A stretch of DNA of 51,658 nt from a virus. Lineage: Duplodnaviria; Caudoviricetes. Below, piece after piece: positions 42,058 through 50,759 of this stretch; positions within the stretch are counted from its first letter, which is position 1, and the number at the start of each line of letters is the position of its first letter. Made by a program: the position numbers and the translations under genes. The stretch lies in the IMG/VR virus record IMGVR_UViG_3300017644_000127, positions 1 through 51,658 of that record. One strand, given 5' to 3'. The notes below the pieces were generated by a model. That model had not been told where the DNA came from, searched no databases, and worked only from the letters and a program-made list of their open reading frames with translations.

Positions 42058-42107
42058 CGGTTTTTTTACCGCCATATGTTGACGGCGGTAATTTTACCGT
42101 TTAAATT
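42058..42107 (+). promoter_or_regulatory. Rightward early promoter with two CGGT-N6-ACCG operators
   Basis: TTGACG (42079)-N17-TAAATT (42102); operators at 42058-42071 and 42086-42099. Confidence 0.85.
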
Positions 42108-42162
42108 ACTCCCATCAGCCACGAAGAAGCCCTTGGCCGATCTGGCGGAGATGGAGACGACA

Positions 42163-42411
42163 ATGCTGTTCCTGAAAGACATCTATGGGGCCAAGCAGGC
42201 GCGCGGTGACGCCGACGCCGAGCAATTCCGCGCCCTGGCCATCTACGAGTTTGGCGCCGGCCTGAACGCCACGGCGATCGGTGCCGCGCACATCCTGCGG
42301 TCCGTCACCAAGAACCGGCGCGCATGGGTGTCGGACGTCCAGCACGCCCGCCGTGTTGCTGCCCTGGCTGACATCGACGCCGCGCTCTCCCCTGTAGCAG
42401 AGGCTGCGTGA
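42163..42411 (+). CDS. Hypothetical early protein
   Basis: GGAGA RBS; first ORF after the promoter. Confidence 0.65.
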   Translation: MLFLKDIYGAKQARGDADAEQFRALAIYEFGAGLNATAIGAAHILRSVTKNRRAWVSDVQHARRVAALADIDAALSPVAEAA

Positions 42412-42412
42412 C

Positions 42413-42763
42413 ATGACCGAACAGAAGCACACGCCGACGCCTTGGGAAGTGCAGGGAAAGTACATCTATGCAACGGGAACTGTCGATACGTTTTGCGGCC
42501 CTGTCATAGGCGTTATCGCGGTCTGTGAAGAAACACAGGAGACTGACAGCGAGGGGAGAACATGGTCTGCCGGTGGCGATGCGCTCGCCAACGCCGCTTT
42601 CATCGTCCGCGCAGTCAACTCTCATGAAGCCTTGGTGAAGGCGCTGAAAGCGCTGTCGGCAGCAGTATTTGCGCCGAACGATGATCGGTCACCTGAACTC
42701 AAGGCAGCCTTGGAACTGACCGTCGCCGCCATCCTGCAGGCAGGAGGCGAGCATGGCGCGTGA
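42413..42763 (+). CDS. Phage hypothetical protein
   Basis: KHTPTPW...ANAAFIVRAVNSHEALVKAL, a common phage motif. Confidence 0.75.
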   Translation: MTEQKHTPTPWEVQGKYIYATGTVDTFCGPVIGVIAVCEETQETDSEGRTWSAGGDALANAAFIVRAVNSHEALVKALKALSAAVFAPNDDRSPELKAALELTVAAILQAGGEHGA

Positions 42764-42995
42764 ACTCACCTTCCGCACGACCGTCTCGCTGTCGATCTGG
42801 GACGGCGACGAGACCGAGCTCGACCTTGTCATCAAGTACGAGCTCGAGGCCGGCGAACTCTACATCCGGTCGATCCTGCTCATCAGCAATAGCCAGGCTG
42901 TCGCGGTTCCGTCGTGGCTGGATCGGCTCATCCGGCAGGACGATGCGCTTGCCGCCAGCATGGTCGCCGAGGCGGCGGAAAGGGAGGCAGCATGA
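42753..42995 (+). CDS. Hypothetical protein
   Basis: GGAGG RBS; coupled to the upstream gene. Confidence 0.65.
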   Translation: MARELTFRTTVSLSIWDGDETELDLVIKYELEAGELYIRSILLISNSQAVAVPSWLDRLIRQDDALAASMVAEAAEREAA

Positions 42996-43117
42996 ACCGC
43001 CTCACCCGCACCCCTCGCACGTCCGAACCGATCACATTCGCCGGCACCATCCAGGACGCGTGCGCCCTCGTCGTGGTCGCCCTGCTCGTCGCTGCCGCCG
43101 CGCTGGTGCTGCCATGA
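42992..43117 (+). CDS. Small TM peptide
   Basis: GGAGG RBS; ATGA coupling at both ends. Confidence 0.55.
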   Translation: MNRLTRTPRTSEPITFAGTIQDACALVVVALLVAAAALVLP

Positions 43118-43368
43118 CGGAAGAACAAATTGAAGCGGGCGCCTTCGCGCTCTATCGCGAGTTCATCTCGGTCAATGGCCAGCTATCGACACGGCAACGC
43201 GTCCTGAACGGCAAGCCGCTGTACCTGGGCGACCGCCCGGTTTTCGAAAGCATCGACGAAGCGGCCGCGCGCCGCTGGATGACCTCAGTCCCTGAAACCC
43301 AAAAAGCTCGCTGGCGGCGGGAAGCGATCGCCTGCTTCGGCGCAATGGAGATGCACCATGCAGCATAG
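43114..43368 (+). CDS. Hypothetical protein
   Basis: ATG 43114 coupled to the upstream stop. Confidence 0.6.
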   Translation: MTEEQIEAGAFALYREFISVNGQLSTRQRVLNGKPLYLGDRPVFESIDEAAARRWMTSVPETQKARWRREAIACFGAMEMHHAA

Positions 43369-44374
43369 AATCGACATCGATCACAACCGCGCGGAACAGG
43401 TTGGCGTGCCTCTCGGCCGCGTGTTCGCTCGGATGGAGCGTGAATGGGATGGCTCGCAGATCACGACGCGCGGCACTTACAAGGGCATCAGCTTGGCCGA
43501 CTATCACGGCAAGGTCGACCTGTTCGACGGCCCGTCAGTCTCCAAAAGCGCGCTGAAATGGATGCTGCCGGCGCATGGCGGCTCCCCGAAGGCGTTCTGG
43601 GGGCGTTGGCTGTGGAACCCGAACCGCATCACTCCGCCAACCAGTGACGCGCTCGACTTCGGCAAGGCGGCTCACTGCCTGCTGCTCGGCGACGAGGTGT
43701 TCGAGGTAAGCTTTGCAGTCCGGCCCGCGACTTACCCCGACAGCAAGACCGGCGAGCCCAAGCCTTGGACCATGAACGCCAATTACTGCAAGGATTGGGT
43801 GGCAGCTCAGGACGGTAAGACCATCATCTCGCCGGAGCAGCTTGAGCGGATCAAGCGGATACACGCCGACGCCAGCACCAATGAGATGGTCAAGCTCGGC
43901 GTACTGAATGGCCGCGTCGAGCGCACGCTCTGCGTCAAGGACAAGGAAACCGGCATCTGGCTCAAGGTCCGGCCGGACGTCATGCCAAGCGCCGACGGTG
44001 TCTTCGCCGACCTGAAGACGGCCAGCAAGTTCGACGAGGACTTCCTCGAGCGACAGGTCTTTGACGCCGGCTACTACCTGCAGGCCGCAATGATCCGCAT
44101 GGTCTGCCGTGAGCTCGCCATCCCGTTCGAAACGTTCGTGCTGGTCTACGTCCTCAACGACGATGTTCCCGATACCGCGCACGTCGAACTCTCCATGCAT
44201 GAGATCGACCGCGGCGAGCGCGCCATCCGTTGGTGTCTGCGCACCATTCGCGCCTGTCTCGATACCGGACACTGGCCCGGCGCCCGGCCGTTCGACGGTG
44301 GCGAGCGCGCAATCCAGATGAAGCCGTTCGTCAAAGACCGGCTCGACCATTTCCTTGACCAAGAGGCTGCCTGA
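43358..44374 (+). CDS. RecE/exonuclease VIII-like PD-(D/E)XK nuclease (DUF3799)
   Basis: SKSALK, FGKAAH, KVRPD, DLKT, YYLQAA. Confidence 0.88.
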   Translation: MQHRIDIDHNRAEQVGVPLGRVFARMEREWDGSQITTRGTYKGISLADYHGKVDLFDGPSVSKSALKWMLPAHGGSPKAFWGRWLWNPNRITPPTSDALDFGKAAHCLLLGDEVFEVSFAVRPATYPDSKTGEPKPWTMNANYCKDWVAAQDGKTIISPEQLERIKRIHADASTNEMVKLGVLNGRVERTLCVKDKETGIWLKVRPDVMPSADGVFADLKTASKFDEDFLERQVFDAGYYLQAAMIRMVCRELAIPFETFVLVYVLNDDVPDTAHVELSMHEIDRGERAIRWCLRTIRACLDTGHWPGARPFDGGERAIQMKPFVKDRLDHFLDQEAA

Positions 44375-44376
44375 AC

Positions 44377-45606
44377 ATGAACGCACTCGTCGCGACCGAA
44401 GACCGCCCTAAGCGGGCCCTACTTGAAGTGGTCGACCCGGTTCCTGTTCTCGATACGAGCCGCTTCGAGCACATGCAGCGCATCGCCAACGTGATGGCGC
44501 AAAGCACGCTGATTCCGGAATCTCTCTACAAGGAGAAAGATAAAGAGCTCCCGCTGTCGCAAATCATTTCGAACTGCTTCCTGGTTGTGAACCAGGCGGT
44601 CAGATGGGGGCTTGACCCGTTCGCTGTAGCGCAAAGCGTGGCAGTGGTTCGGGGCAAGCTCTGCTATGAAGGCAAGCTCGTCGCCGCGGTGCTCGACGCC
44701 AAGTTAGGCGTAAGGCTCCATCATCACTTCACGGGCGACCCGGCGAAGCCAGAGTACCGGATATACATCTCCGATCAGCCTTGGACAGAGGAAGCCATTG
44801 CTGCCGTCCGTCCTGGCATGTCGTTGCCTAGTGCGCGGGTTGTGGACGGCTCGGTCGCCGAATGGTCGACCGGCGACAAAAGCCCGTGGAGCGCGGCGAA
44901 GAACTATCGCCGCATGCTGATGTATCGCGGCACCCGAGATTGGGCTCGGTTCTATGAGCCAGCGATCATGCTGGGCGTCTACACCCCGGATGAGATGCTT
45001 GACCTTGCCGAAAACGCCAAGGCACTCCGGGCTCGTGACTTCAACGAGCGGCCATCGCTTGCCGAGCGGCTGACTGCTGCCCGCGCTGAACCTCACGGCG
45101 AGCGCCAGCCGGCGGAAGGCTTCGCGCTGGAAAATGTGGCTGCCGAGAATGCGGCGGTCGCTGGCGAGGCTGCAATCGAACAAGAACCATCATCGGCCGT
45201 CTCCACCGATGGTGCAGGCGGCGAGGACACCGCCGACGGGGGCGCTGGCGATGCTGGCGCCCCAACAGATACCGCCGAGGCGGATGGGGCCGGTGATGAA
45301 GCGGCTGATGGTCAGTCCGCGGCGCCGGCCCCGGGTGAACTGTCGGATGAGCAGAATAAGAAGCTGTTCGTCCTCGAAGAATGCGCTGATGCCATGTTCG
45401 CGGCTGCAACGCACATGAATGCATCCGAGCGCGCCGACAGACTTGATAAGGTCCGCATGGCCTGGCTTGCGGAACTGCCCAAAGACAAAGAGTTCGTCCA
45501 GAAGGCCTACGAGACCTGCGCCCGCCTGGTCGAAAACCCCGCCGGCCGCGATCAGGTCATGCCCTATCTGAAGGTGCAGGCTCGGAAGTGGTTGGGGGTG
45601 GCGTGA
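44377..45606 (+). CDS. RecT-like single-strand annealing protein with acidic C-terminal extension
   Basis: NCFLVVNQAVRWGLDPFAVAQ...GKLCYEGKLV; MLMYRG.R.WAR...LGVYTPDE; follows recE. Confidence 0.75.
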   Translation: MNALVATEDRPKRALLEVVDPVPVLDTSRFEHMQRIANVMAQSTLIPESLYKEKDKELPLSQIISNCFLVVNQAVRWGLDPFAVAQSVAVVRGKLCYEGKLVAAVLDAKLGVRLHHHFTGDPAKPEYRIYISDQPWTEEAIAAVRPGMSLPSARVVDGSVAEWSTGDKSPWSAAKNYRRMLMYRGTRDWARFYEPAIMLGVYTPDEMLDLAENAKALRARDFNERPSLAERLTAARAEPHGERQPAEGFALENVAAENAAVAGEAAIEQEPSSAVSTDGAGGEDTADGGAGDAGAPTDTAEADGAGDEAADGQSAAPAPGELSDEQNKKLFVLEECADAMFAAATHMNASERADRLDKVRMAWLAELPKDKEFVQKAYETCARLVENPAGRDQVMPYLKVQARKWLGVA

Positions 45607-46502
45607 TGGGCGAGATCACCGCAATCAGCTGGTGCGATGCGACCTTTAACCCCTGGATTGGCTGCACCAAGGTCTCCCCGGCGTGCGACGGCTGCTATGC
45701 CGAGGCGCTGATGGATAAGCGCTATGGCCGCGTCGAATGGGGCGCGCCGGGCAAAGGCAACGGCACTCGGGTTCGGACATCGGCGAGCAACTGGCGCCAG
45801 CCGATCCGCTGGAACAAGAAGGCACGGGAGGCGGGCACACGCCCCTTCGTCTTCTGCTCGTCGCTCGCCGACGTCTTCGATAATCAGGTGCCGACCGAAT
45901 GGCGGCGAGACCTGTTCGAGTTGATCATCAAGACCCCGCATCTCGTCTGGCTACTGTTGACGAAGCGGCCGCAGAACATCGTGAAGCTGTTCGACGAGAT
46001 CAGCCACACACGAGATGAGTGGCCTCGCAATGCCGCGATTGGCACCACGATCGAGGACCAGAAGCGCGCCGATGTGAACGAGCCCGCTCTGGTGAACGCC
46101 GCGGCCGAACTCAATCCCGCCTTCACCTTCGTCTCATGCGAGCCGCTGCTCGAAGGGTTCAGGCTTCGCCATCTGTATCCGACGGAAGAGCAGCCGCGGA
46201 TCGATTGGGTCATCACCGGCGGCGAGACGGACCAGGGCGGCCACAAGGCGCGGCCGACGCATCCCGACTGGTACCGTAGCCTGCGCGACCAGTGCGCGGC
46301 AGCGGGCGTCGCCTATCACCACAAGCAGAATGGCGTGTGGGTATCGGATGACGGTTCTGGCGGAATCGACCGCATGAACCAATTCCTCGGCAGGCCCGAG
46401 GCATTCACCGAGACTGACGAGCCTGTGTTCCGGATCGGGAAGGCTCTGTCCGGCCGCCTCCTCGATGGCATCGAGCACAACGCTCGGCCGGAGGTGGCGT
46501 GA
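45606..46502 (+). CDS. DUF5131 (gp37/gp68-like three-Cys) protein
   Basis: WCDATFNPWIGCTKVSPACDGCYA, LLTKRP, SCEPLL, WVITGGE. Confidence 0.9.
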   Translation: MGEITAISWCDATFNPWIGCTKVSPACDGCYAEALMDKRYGRVEWGAPGKGNGTRVRTSASNWRQPIRWNKKAREAGTRPFVFCSSLADVFDNQVPTEWRRDLFELIIKTPHLVWLLLTKRPQNIVKLFDEISHTRDEWPRNAAIGTTIEDQKRADVNEPALVNAAAELNPAFTFVSCEPLLEGFRLRHLYPTEEQPRIDWVITGGETDQGGHKARPTHPDWYRSLRDQCAAAGVAYHHKQNGVWVSDDGSGGIDRMNQFLGRPEAFTETDEPVFRIGKALSGRLLDGIEHNARPEVA

Positions 46503-46870
46503 TGGGCATCATCTCGACCAAGCTCCGGAAGAGCGCCAAGGGCCAGACCTGCACATTCCAGATCCCGGGCGTGTGCTGCCACGATCCTGAGCAGACGGTG
46601 CTCTGCCACATCCGCGATGAGAGCAAGGGGCTGGGCAACAAGGCCAACGACTACTCGGCCGCGTTCGGCTGCTACGCCTGCCATGAGGCGATCGACCAGC
46701 ACCGCCTCCCACGCGAGCAGGAGCTCGCTTATTGCCTCCGCGCCATGCAACGCACCTGGGCCATCTGGGTCGAGAAGGGCCTCGTCGTCATCCCGGCGGA
46801 CGTCGCGCGCGCCAAACCCTCGTCGAAGATCATGCCGCGCCGGCACATCGCCACAGGAGAGATCCTATGA
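46499..46870 (+). CDS. DUF1364-like His-Me nuclease-fold protein
   Basis: LRKSAKGQTC...C..DP..TVLCH...K..D..AAFGC..CH. Confidence 0.8.
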   Translation: MMGIISTKLRKSAKGQTCTFQIPGVCCHDPEQTVLCHIRDESKGLGNKANDYSAAFGCYACHEAIDQHRLPREQELAYCLRAMQRTWAIWVEKGLVVIPADVARAKPSSKIMPRRHIATGEIL

Positions 46871-47886
46871 AGGTCACAGATGAAATGGTAGCGGCGTACA
46901 AGGCCGGATACGAAGCCTACATGGCCCGGTTTCTGGCGGGCGGCGTCTTCGACAAGGACGAGGCAACCAGATGGGGCCTTACCGCCGCCCTAGCCACGCT
47001 TCCATCGCCGGCCGGTGCGGAGGCGCTGAAAGACTTAGCGGCATGGTGCGATGAGCAGCGCTCGAAGCTCGGAGCCGTCGATGGGTATAACTACGCCAGC
47101 GGCGAGGAATACGGCCTACGCCGCGCACAGATCGAAGCGGAGAGACGAGCCGCCCTATCCACCCCCGCCCCTGCCAGCACAGGGGAGGCGGTGTCGTGGC
47201 GCTGGCGCATCAAGGGCATGACCACTTGGGTTTACGACCCAGAACCGAGGTGGGTGGAAGAGCACCGACACGACACTGACATCGACATCGACCCCCTCTA
47301 CACCAGCCCCGCACAGCCAGCGGTGGCGATACAGCCGCTGGACGAAATCACCGAAGATGAAGTGAGGTCTCGTGCCAAGGCCATGTACGTCAACAAAGGT
47401 TGGCGCACGACTGACCGGCTACCCGCGCATTCTGTTACTGGCTTAATGACTGAGCTGGCGTTGAGCGTGCTTCGCGAGCGGCCAGCGTCATGCGGCTATC
47501 CCGGCTGCGGCTGTGACAACGACGCCGTTTGCAACGCAGCGCTTGTAGCCCCCGCCTCTCCCGCCCCTGTGGTGGAGGGATGGCAAGGCGGTGTCGCTGC
47601 GATTGCTGCCGAACGTCAACGACAGATAGATGACGAAGGCTTGACGCCGGAACACGATGACGAGCACAGCGACGGCGAACTCGCAGACGCGGCCGGATGC
47701 TATGCACATCATGCCGGGTTGGACGATGCCTCCCGATCTCGGGCCGATGGGCCTCCTGTGCTTTGGCCATGGGCTGATGAATGGTGGAAGCCGACAACCC
47801 GCCGCCGCGACTTGATTAAAGCCGGTGCCCTAATCGCGGCTGAGATAGACCGGCTTGTCCGTCTCGAAGCGGAGGAAGGCCGGTGA
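46867..47886 (+). CDS. Mosaic phage hypothetical protein
   Basis: Domains joined by Pro/Ala linkers; C-terminal AERQRQI..EG..PEHDD...RRDLIKAGALIAAEIDRL. Confidence 0.75.
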   Translation: MKVTDEMVAAYKAGYEAYMARFLAGGVFDKDEATRWGLTAALATLPSPAGAEALKDLAAWCDEQRSKLGAVDGYNYASGEEYGLRRAQIEAERRAALSTPAPASTGEAVSWRWRIKGMTTWVYDPEPRWVEEHRHDTDIDIDPLYTSPAQPAVAIQPLDEITEDEVRSRAKAMYVNKGWRTTDRLPAHSVTGLMTELALSVLRERPASCGYPGCGCDNDAVCNAALVAPASPAPVVEGWQGGVAAIAAERQRQIDDEGLTPEHDDEHSDGELADAAGCYAHHAGLDDASRSRADGPPVLWPWADEWWKPTTRRRDLIKAGALIAAEIDRLVRLEAEEGR

Positions 47887-48119
47887 TTGAGTGGATTGTT
47901 TTCACCCTTTTCATGGGTGGCGCTCTGACTATGGGCGTCGCGGCCATCCTCTATGACGAGGCGGTAGAGAAGCAGCGCAGTGCAGCCCGTACCGCCGCCC
48001 CATCCCAGCCAAAGGGAGACAGCCGCGCCGCCCCCGCCACATCAGAGGGAGGCGACCGGCCGGCGGCAACTTGGGGGCAGTGGGAGCGCGCTCAGCAGGA
48101 ATCGGAGCGCAAAAAGTGA
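47883..48119 (+). CDS. Small TM hypothetical protein
   Basis: GGAGG RBS, GTG start; contains one APSQPK repeat copy. Confidence 0.55.
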   Translation: MIEWIVFTLFMGGALTMGVAAILYDEAVEKQRSAARTAAPSQPKGDSRAAPATSEGGDRPAATWGQWERAQQESERKK

Positions 48120-48712
48120 TCGTGCTCCTCGACAACGGTCAGGACCTGGACGAGTGCGCGGCAGAAATCGGATGTGAGGTCGGGCAGTTGCTCACTCCCT
48201 TGACGCGCTACCGACTGCGCACAGGCCGGTTTGCCATCGACAACGGCGGGTATAGCAGGTTCGATATCCCCGCCTTCCTCGCCCTTCTGGCGCGCGAGGA
48301 ACACCACAAAGATAAGTGCCTCTTCGTCGCGGTCCCCGATGTTGTCGGCTCGGCTCGTCGCACCCTCGAAGTATTCGAAAGGTGGAGGCTCCGGCTGAAC
48401 GGCTGGAAACTCGCTCTCGTCTGCCAAGACGGCCAGGAGCATCTACCCATACCCTGGGATGATATCGACGCGGTTTTCATTGGTGGGTCGACCGCTTGGA
48501 AATGCTCGCCTCACGCCGAGCAGATCGTTAGAGCCGCAAAGGCCCTTGAGAAATGGGTTCATATCGGCCGCGTGAACGATCCGCAGCGGTTCAAGCACTT
48601 CGAAGAACTCGGCGCGAACTCCTGCGATGGCACCGGCATCGCACGATACACCCACATGCGCAAAGCCATAGCGCAGCGCCACAATCAAGGAGACATTTTC
48701 AATGCAGCCTAA
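48116..48712 (+). CDS. DpdA/TGT-like transglycosylase-fold protein
   Basis: FAIDNGGYS, VPDVVG, VCQDG, FIGGS, WVHIGRVN, SCDGT in TGT-barrel order; GTG 48116; coupled to the VUT gene. Confidence 0.65.
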   Translation: MIVLLDNGQDLDECAAEIGCEVGQLLTPLTRYRLRTGRFAIDNGGYSRFDIPAFLALLAREEHHKDKCLFVAVPDVVGSARRTLEVFERWRLRLNGWKLALVCQDGQEHLPIPWDDIDAVFIGGSTAWKCSPHAEQIVRAAKALEKWVHIGRVNDPQRFKHFEELGANSCDGTGIARYTHMRKAIAQRHNQGDIFNAA

Positions 48713-49253
48713 GACCGCTGCCCTCATGGCTGCGTTCGCAGCCACCATCCCGGCCGCAAACTGGCTTATCGGGCATGTCGGCACCGATTGCATACCGGCA
48801 GGCCCTTGCCTCCTCCCGGTCGGGTTTGGCCTCTACGCCCCTAGCGGAGTGCTGGTCGTCGGCGCTGCCTTTGTCTTGCGTGACATGGTGCACGAGGCGG
48901 GCGGTATTCGCGCGGCATTGCTCGCCATCGCTTTTGGCGGCGCGGTGTCATGGTTGCTCGCCCCGCATGCTTTGGTGCTAGCGTCAGTGCTCGCCTTTGT
49001 ACTTGCGGAGCTAGCAGACCTTGCCGTCTACGCCCCATTGCGCACGCGTCGGCTCTGGATTGCTGTTGCCGCGAGCGGCATCGTCGGCTCGGTCATAGAT
49101 AGCGCCGTGTTTCTCTGGTTGGCCTTCGGATCGCTAGACTTCATCGGCGGGCAGGTGCTTGGCAAGCTTTGGATGAGCCTCATTGCAGGGGCGGCCCTGG
49201 TCGCTGTGCGCCCTCTCCCCGCCGCCCCATCCCAGCCAAAGGGAGGGGAGTAA
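48702..49253 (+). CDS. VUT-family (YhhQ-like) queuosine-precursor transporter
   Basis: AANW, G.AFVLRD.VHE, AS..AF..AE..D..VY, S..VG..IDS..F..LAFG, GQ..GK. Confidence 0.82.
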   Translation: MQPKTAALMAAFAATIPAANWLIGHVGTDCIPAGPCLLPVGFGLYAPSGVLVVGAAFVLRDMVHEAGGIRAALLAIAFGGAVSWLLAPHALVLASVLAFVLAELADLAVYAPLRTRRLWIAVAASGIVGSVIDSAVFLWLAFGSLDFIGGQVLGKLWMSLIAGAALVAVRPLPAAPSQPKGGE

Positions 49254-49254
49254 G

Positions 49255-49524
49255 ATGGGGCGCCCCGCAACGACCAAAATACGCTGCCCAAAGTGCCGCT
49301 CTCGGACGTTCACCTTCGTTGAAAGCGGCGAGTGGACATCTTCGTTCGAGGTGACTGACGGACGGCTTGACCGGGCGGAGGGGTATCACGAGCCGGGATG
49401 CATGCTCCGTCTTGAGGCGCAATGTCCGTGCGGCCATCATTGGAAGGTCCGTGGCGCAATCCAAATCACCGATGCGGTCACCGAAATCGCCCCATCCCAG
49501 CCAAAGGACTCAAGCCATGGTTAA
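49255..49524 (+). CDS. Small zinc-ribbon protein
   Basis: CPKC...CPCGHHW. Confidence 0.7.
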   Translation: MGRPATTKIRCPKCRSRTFTFVESGEWTSSFEVTDGRLDRAEGYHEPGCMLRLEAQCPCGHHWKVRGAIQITDAVTEIAPSQPKDSSHG

Positions 49525-49711
49525 GCTGACGAATGCTCGGCTCAGGGTTCTATCGCGGCTTTCGGACAAGCCAACACTATTGATCGGAGCGGACCTGACC
49601 ACATCCGCGTGGCTTGTCATGAAGGGCTATGCAGTGCGGCACCGCCTCAACCACTTCAGCATAACCGAAGCAGGCCGCGCCGCCCTGTCGGAGGACTCAA
49701 GCCATGGGTAA
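49517..49711 (+). CDS. Small wHTH-like protein (paralog 1)
   Basis: MVKLT...ITEAGRAAL. Confidence 0.65.
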   Translation: MVKLTNARLRVLSRLSDKPTLLIGADLTTSAWLVMKGYAVRHRLNHFSITEAGRAALSEDSSHG

Positions 49712-49958
49712 GCTGACAGAGGCGCAGAAGCGCGCGTTGGCGGATGTGCACAACCATCGCCCCGGATATTTCACCGCGTGGGACCTCGGCACATCGACAT
49801 GCGAAGCGTTACGTAAAAAGGGCCTAGTAGAGCATCGCGGCGGGGACCGACCATTCACCGTTGGCTGGCGAAACAACGAATGCGTCTATATCACCGAAGC
49901 AGGCCGCGCCGCCGCCCGCCGCGCCCTCTCCGATGCCAAGGAGCAGGCAGATGGCTAA
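49704..49958 (+). CDS. Small wHTH-like protein (paralog 2)
   Basis: MGKLTEAQKRAL...LRKKGLVE...ITEAGRAA. Confidence 0.7.
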   Translation: MGKLTEAQKRALADVHNHRPGYFTAWDLGTSTCEALRKKGLVEHRGGDRPFTVGWRNNECVYITEAGRAAARRALSDAKEQADG

Positions 49959-50352
49959 GCGCGTCCAGCTTTCCCGAAAGAAGGGCTGGCGCATGCCAGA
50001 GAACACCGTGAAGGTGTCGAGGCCAGGGAAGTGGGGAAATCCATTTCCTGTCGATCACGAAGGCACAGCGATGCATTGCCTGTCGCTTGGGTTGGATGGA
50101 AACGACCGACTCGATAGGGCGACCGCAGCAATGGACCTGTTTCGAGCATGGGTCTGCGGCGGGAAGGTCAATGAATTGGTGGCTGGCTTCTTGCCTCGTT
50201 TCGGCAAAGCGCCCCTTCTCCGGCATATCCAACGGGATCTTCGCGGCAAGAATCTCGCCTGCTGGTGCGCCCTGGATCAGCCTTGTCATGCAGACGTGCT
50301 GCTCGAACTTGCGAACCGCCCCGCCGACGATGCCAAGGAGCAAGCGGGATGA
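49951..50352 (+). CDS. DUF4326 protein
   Basis: RKKGWRMPENTVKVSRPGKWGNPF...LRGKNLACWC...CHADVL. Confidence 0.88.
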   Translation: MAKRVQLSRKKGWRMPENTVKVSRPGKWGNPFPVDHEGTAMHCLSLGLDGNDRLDRATAAMDLFRAWVCGGKVNELVAGFLPRFGKAPLLRHIQRDLRGKNLACWCALDQPCHADVLLELANRPADDAKEQAG

Positions 50353-50759
50353 ACCGGGCCGCGGTAGTGGAAATCGGGGACGACGAACCTGTCACGCTTG
50401 CCGAAGCCTGCCGACTGTTCTTCGGTGGCCGTTTGTCGCCGTCGGCGTTGCGCACCGAAGCGGCCAAGGGCAATCTCGTCATCACGCAGATCGCCCGCAA
50501 GGACTTTGTCACGCGCCGGGCGATTGAGGAGATGAAGGAACGATGCCGCAGGCCCGTAAGCCGCCCCGACTCTGGCTCCGAACCGAAAACGACGGAGACG
50601 GGAAGCAACGCCAGACCTGGATCATCAAAGACGCCGGCCGGAATATCCGCACAGGATGCCTTGCGCATGAGACTGAACAAGCGGAAAGAAAGCTTGCCGA
50701 ATACCTCGCCGAAAAATACGAGCCTCCCCGCGGCGGTCGTGCCTCTGAAATCACGATAG
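50349..50759 (+). CDS. xis: Excisionase-like protein overlapping the integrase
   Basis: VTLAEAC...LSPSALRTEAAKGNL wHTH; 217-nt overlap with int. Confidence 0.7.
   Translation: MNRAAVVEIGDDEPVTLAEACRLFFGGRLSPSALRTEAAKGNLVITQIARKDFVTRRAIEEMKERCRRPVSRPDSGSEPKTTETGSNARPGSSKTPAGISAQDALRMRLNKRKESLPNTSPKNTSLPAAVVPLKSR

Larger units (their letters stand above)
47992..49507 (+). repeat. Direct repeat CCGCCGCCCCATCCCAGCCAAAGGGAG (27 bp x2, plus a 20-bp third copy)
   Basis: Copies at 47992-48018, 49219-49245 and partial 49488-49507. Confidence 0.9.

Noticed and set aside
47992-49507. APSQPK repeats as a CRISPR array or IS ends
   Set aside because: Spacing is gene-sized and irregular, the repeats are in-frame coding and direct, and no cas or transposase gene is present.
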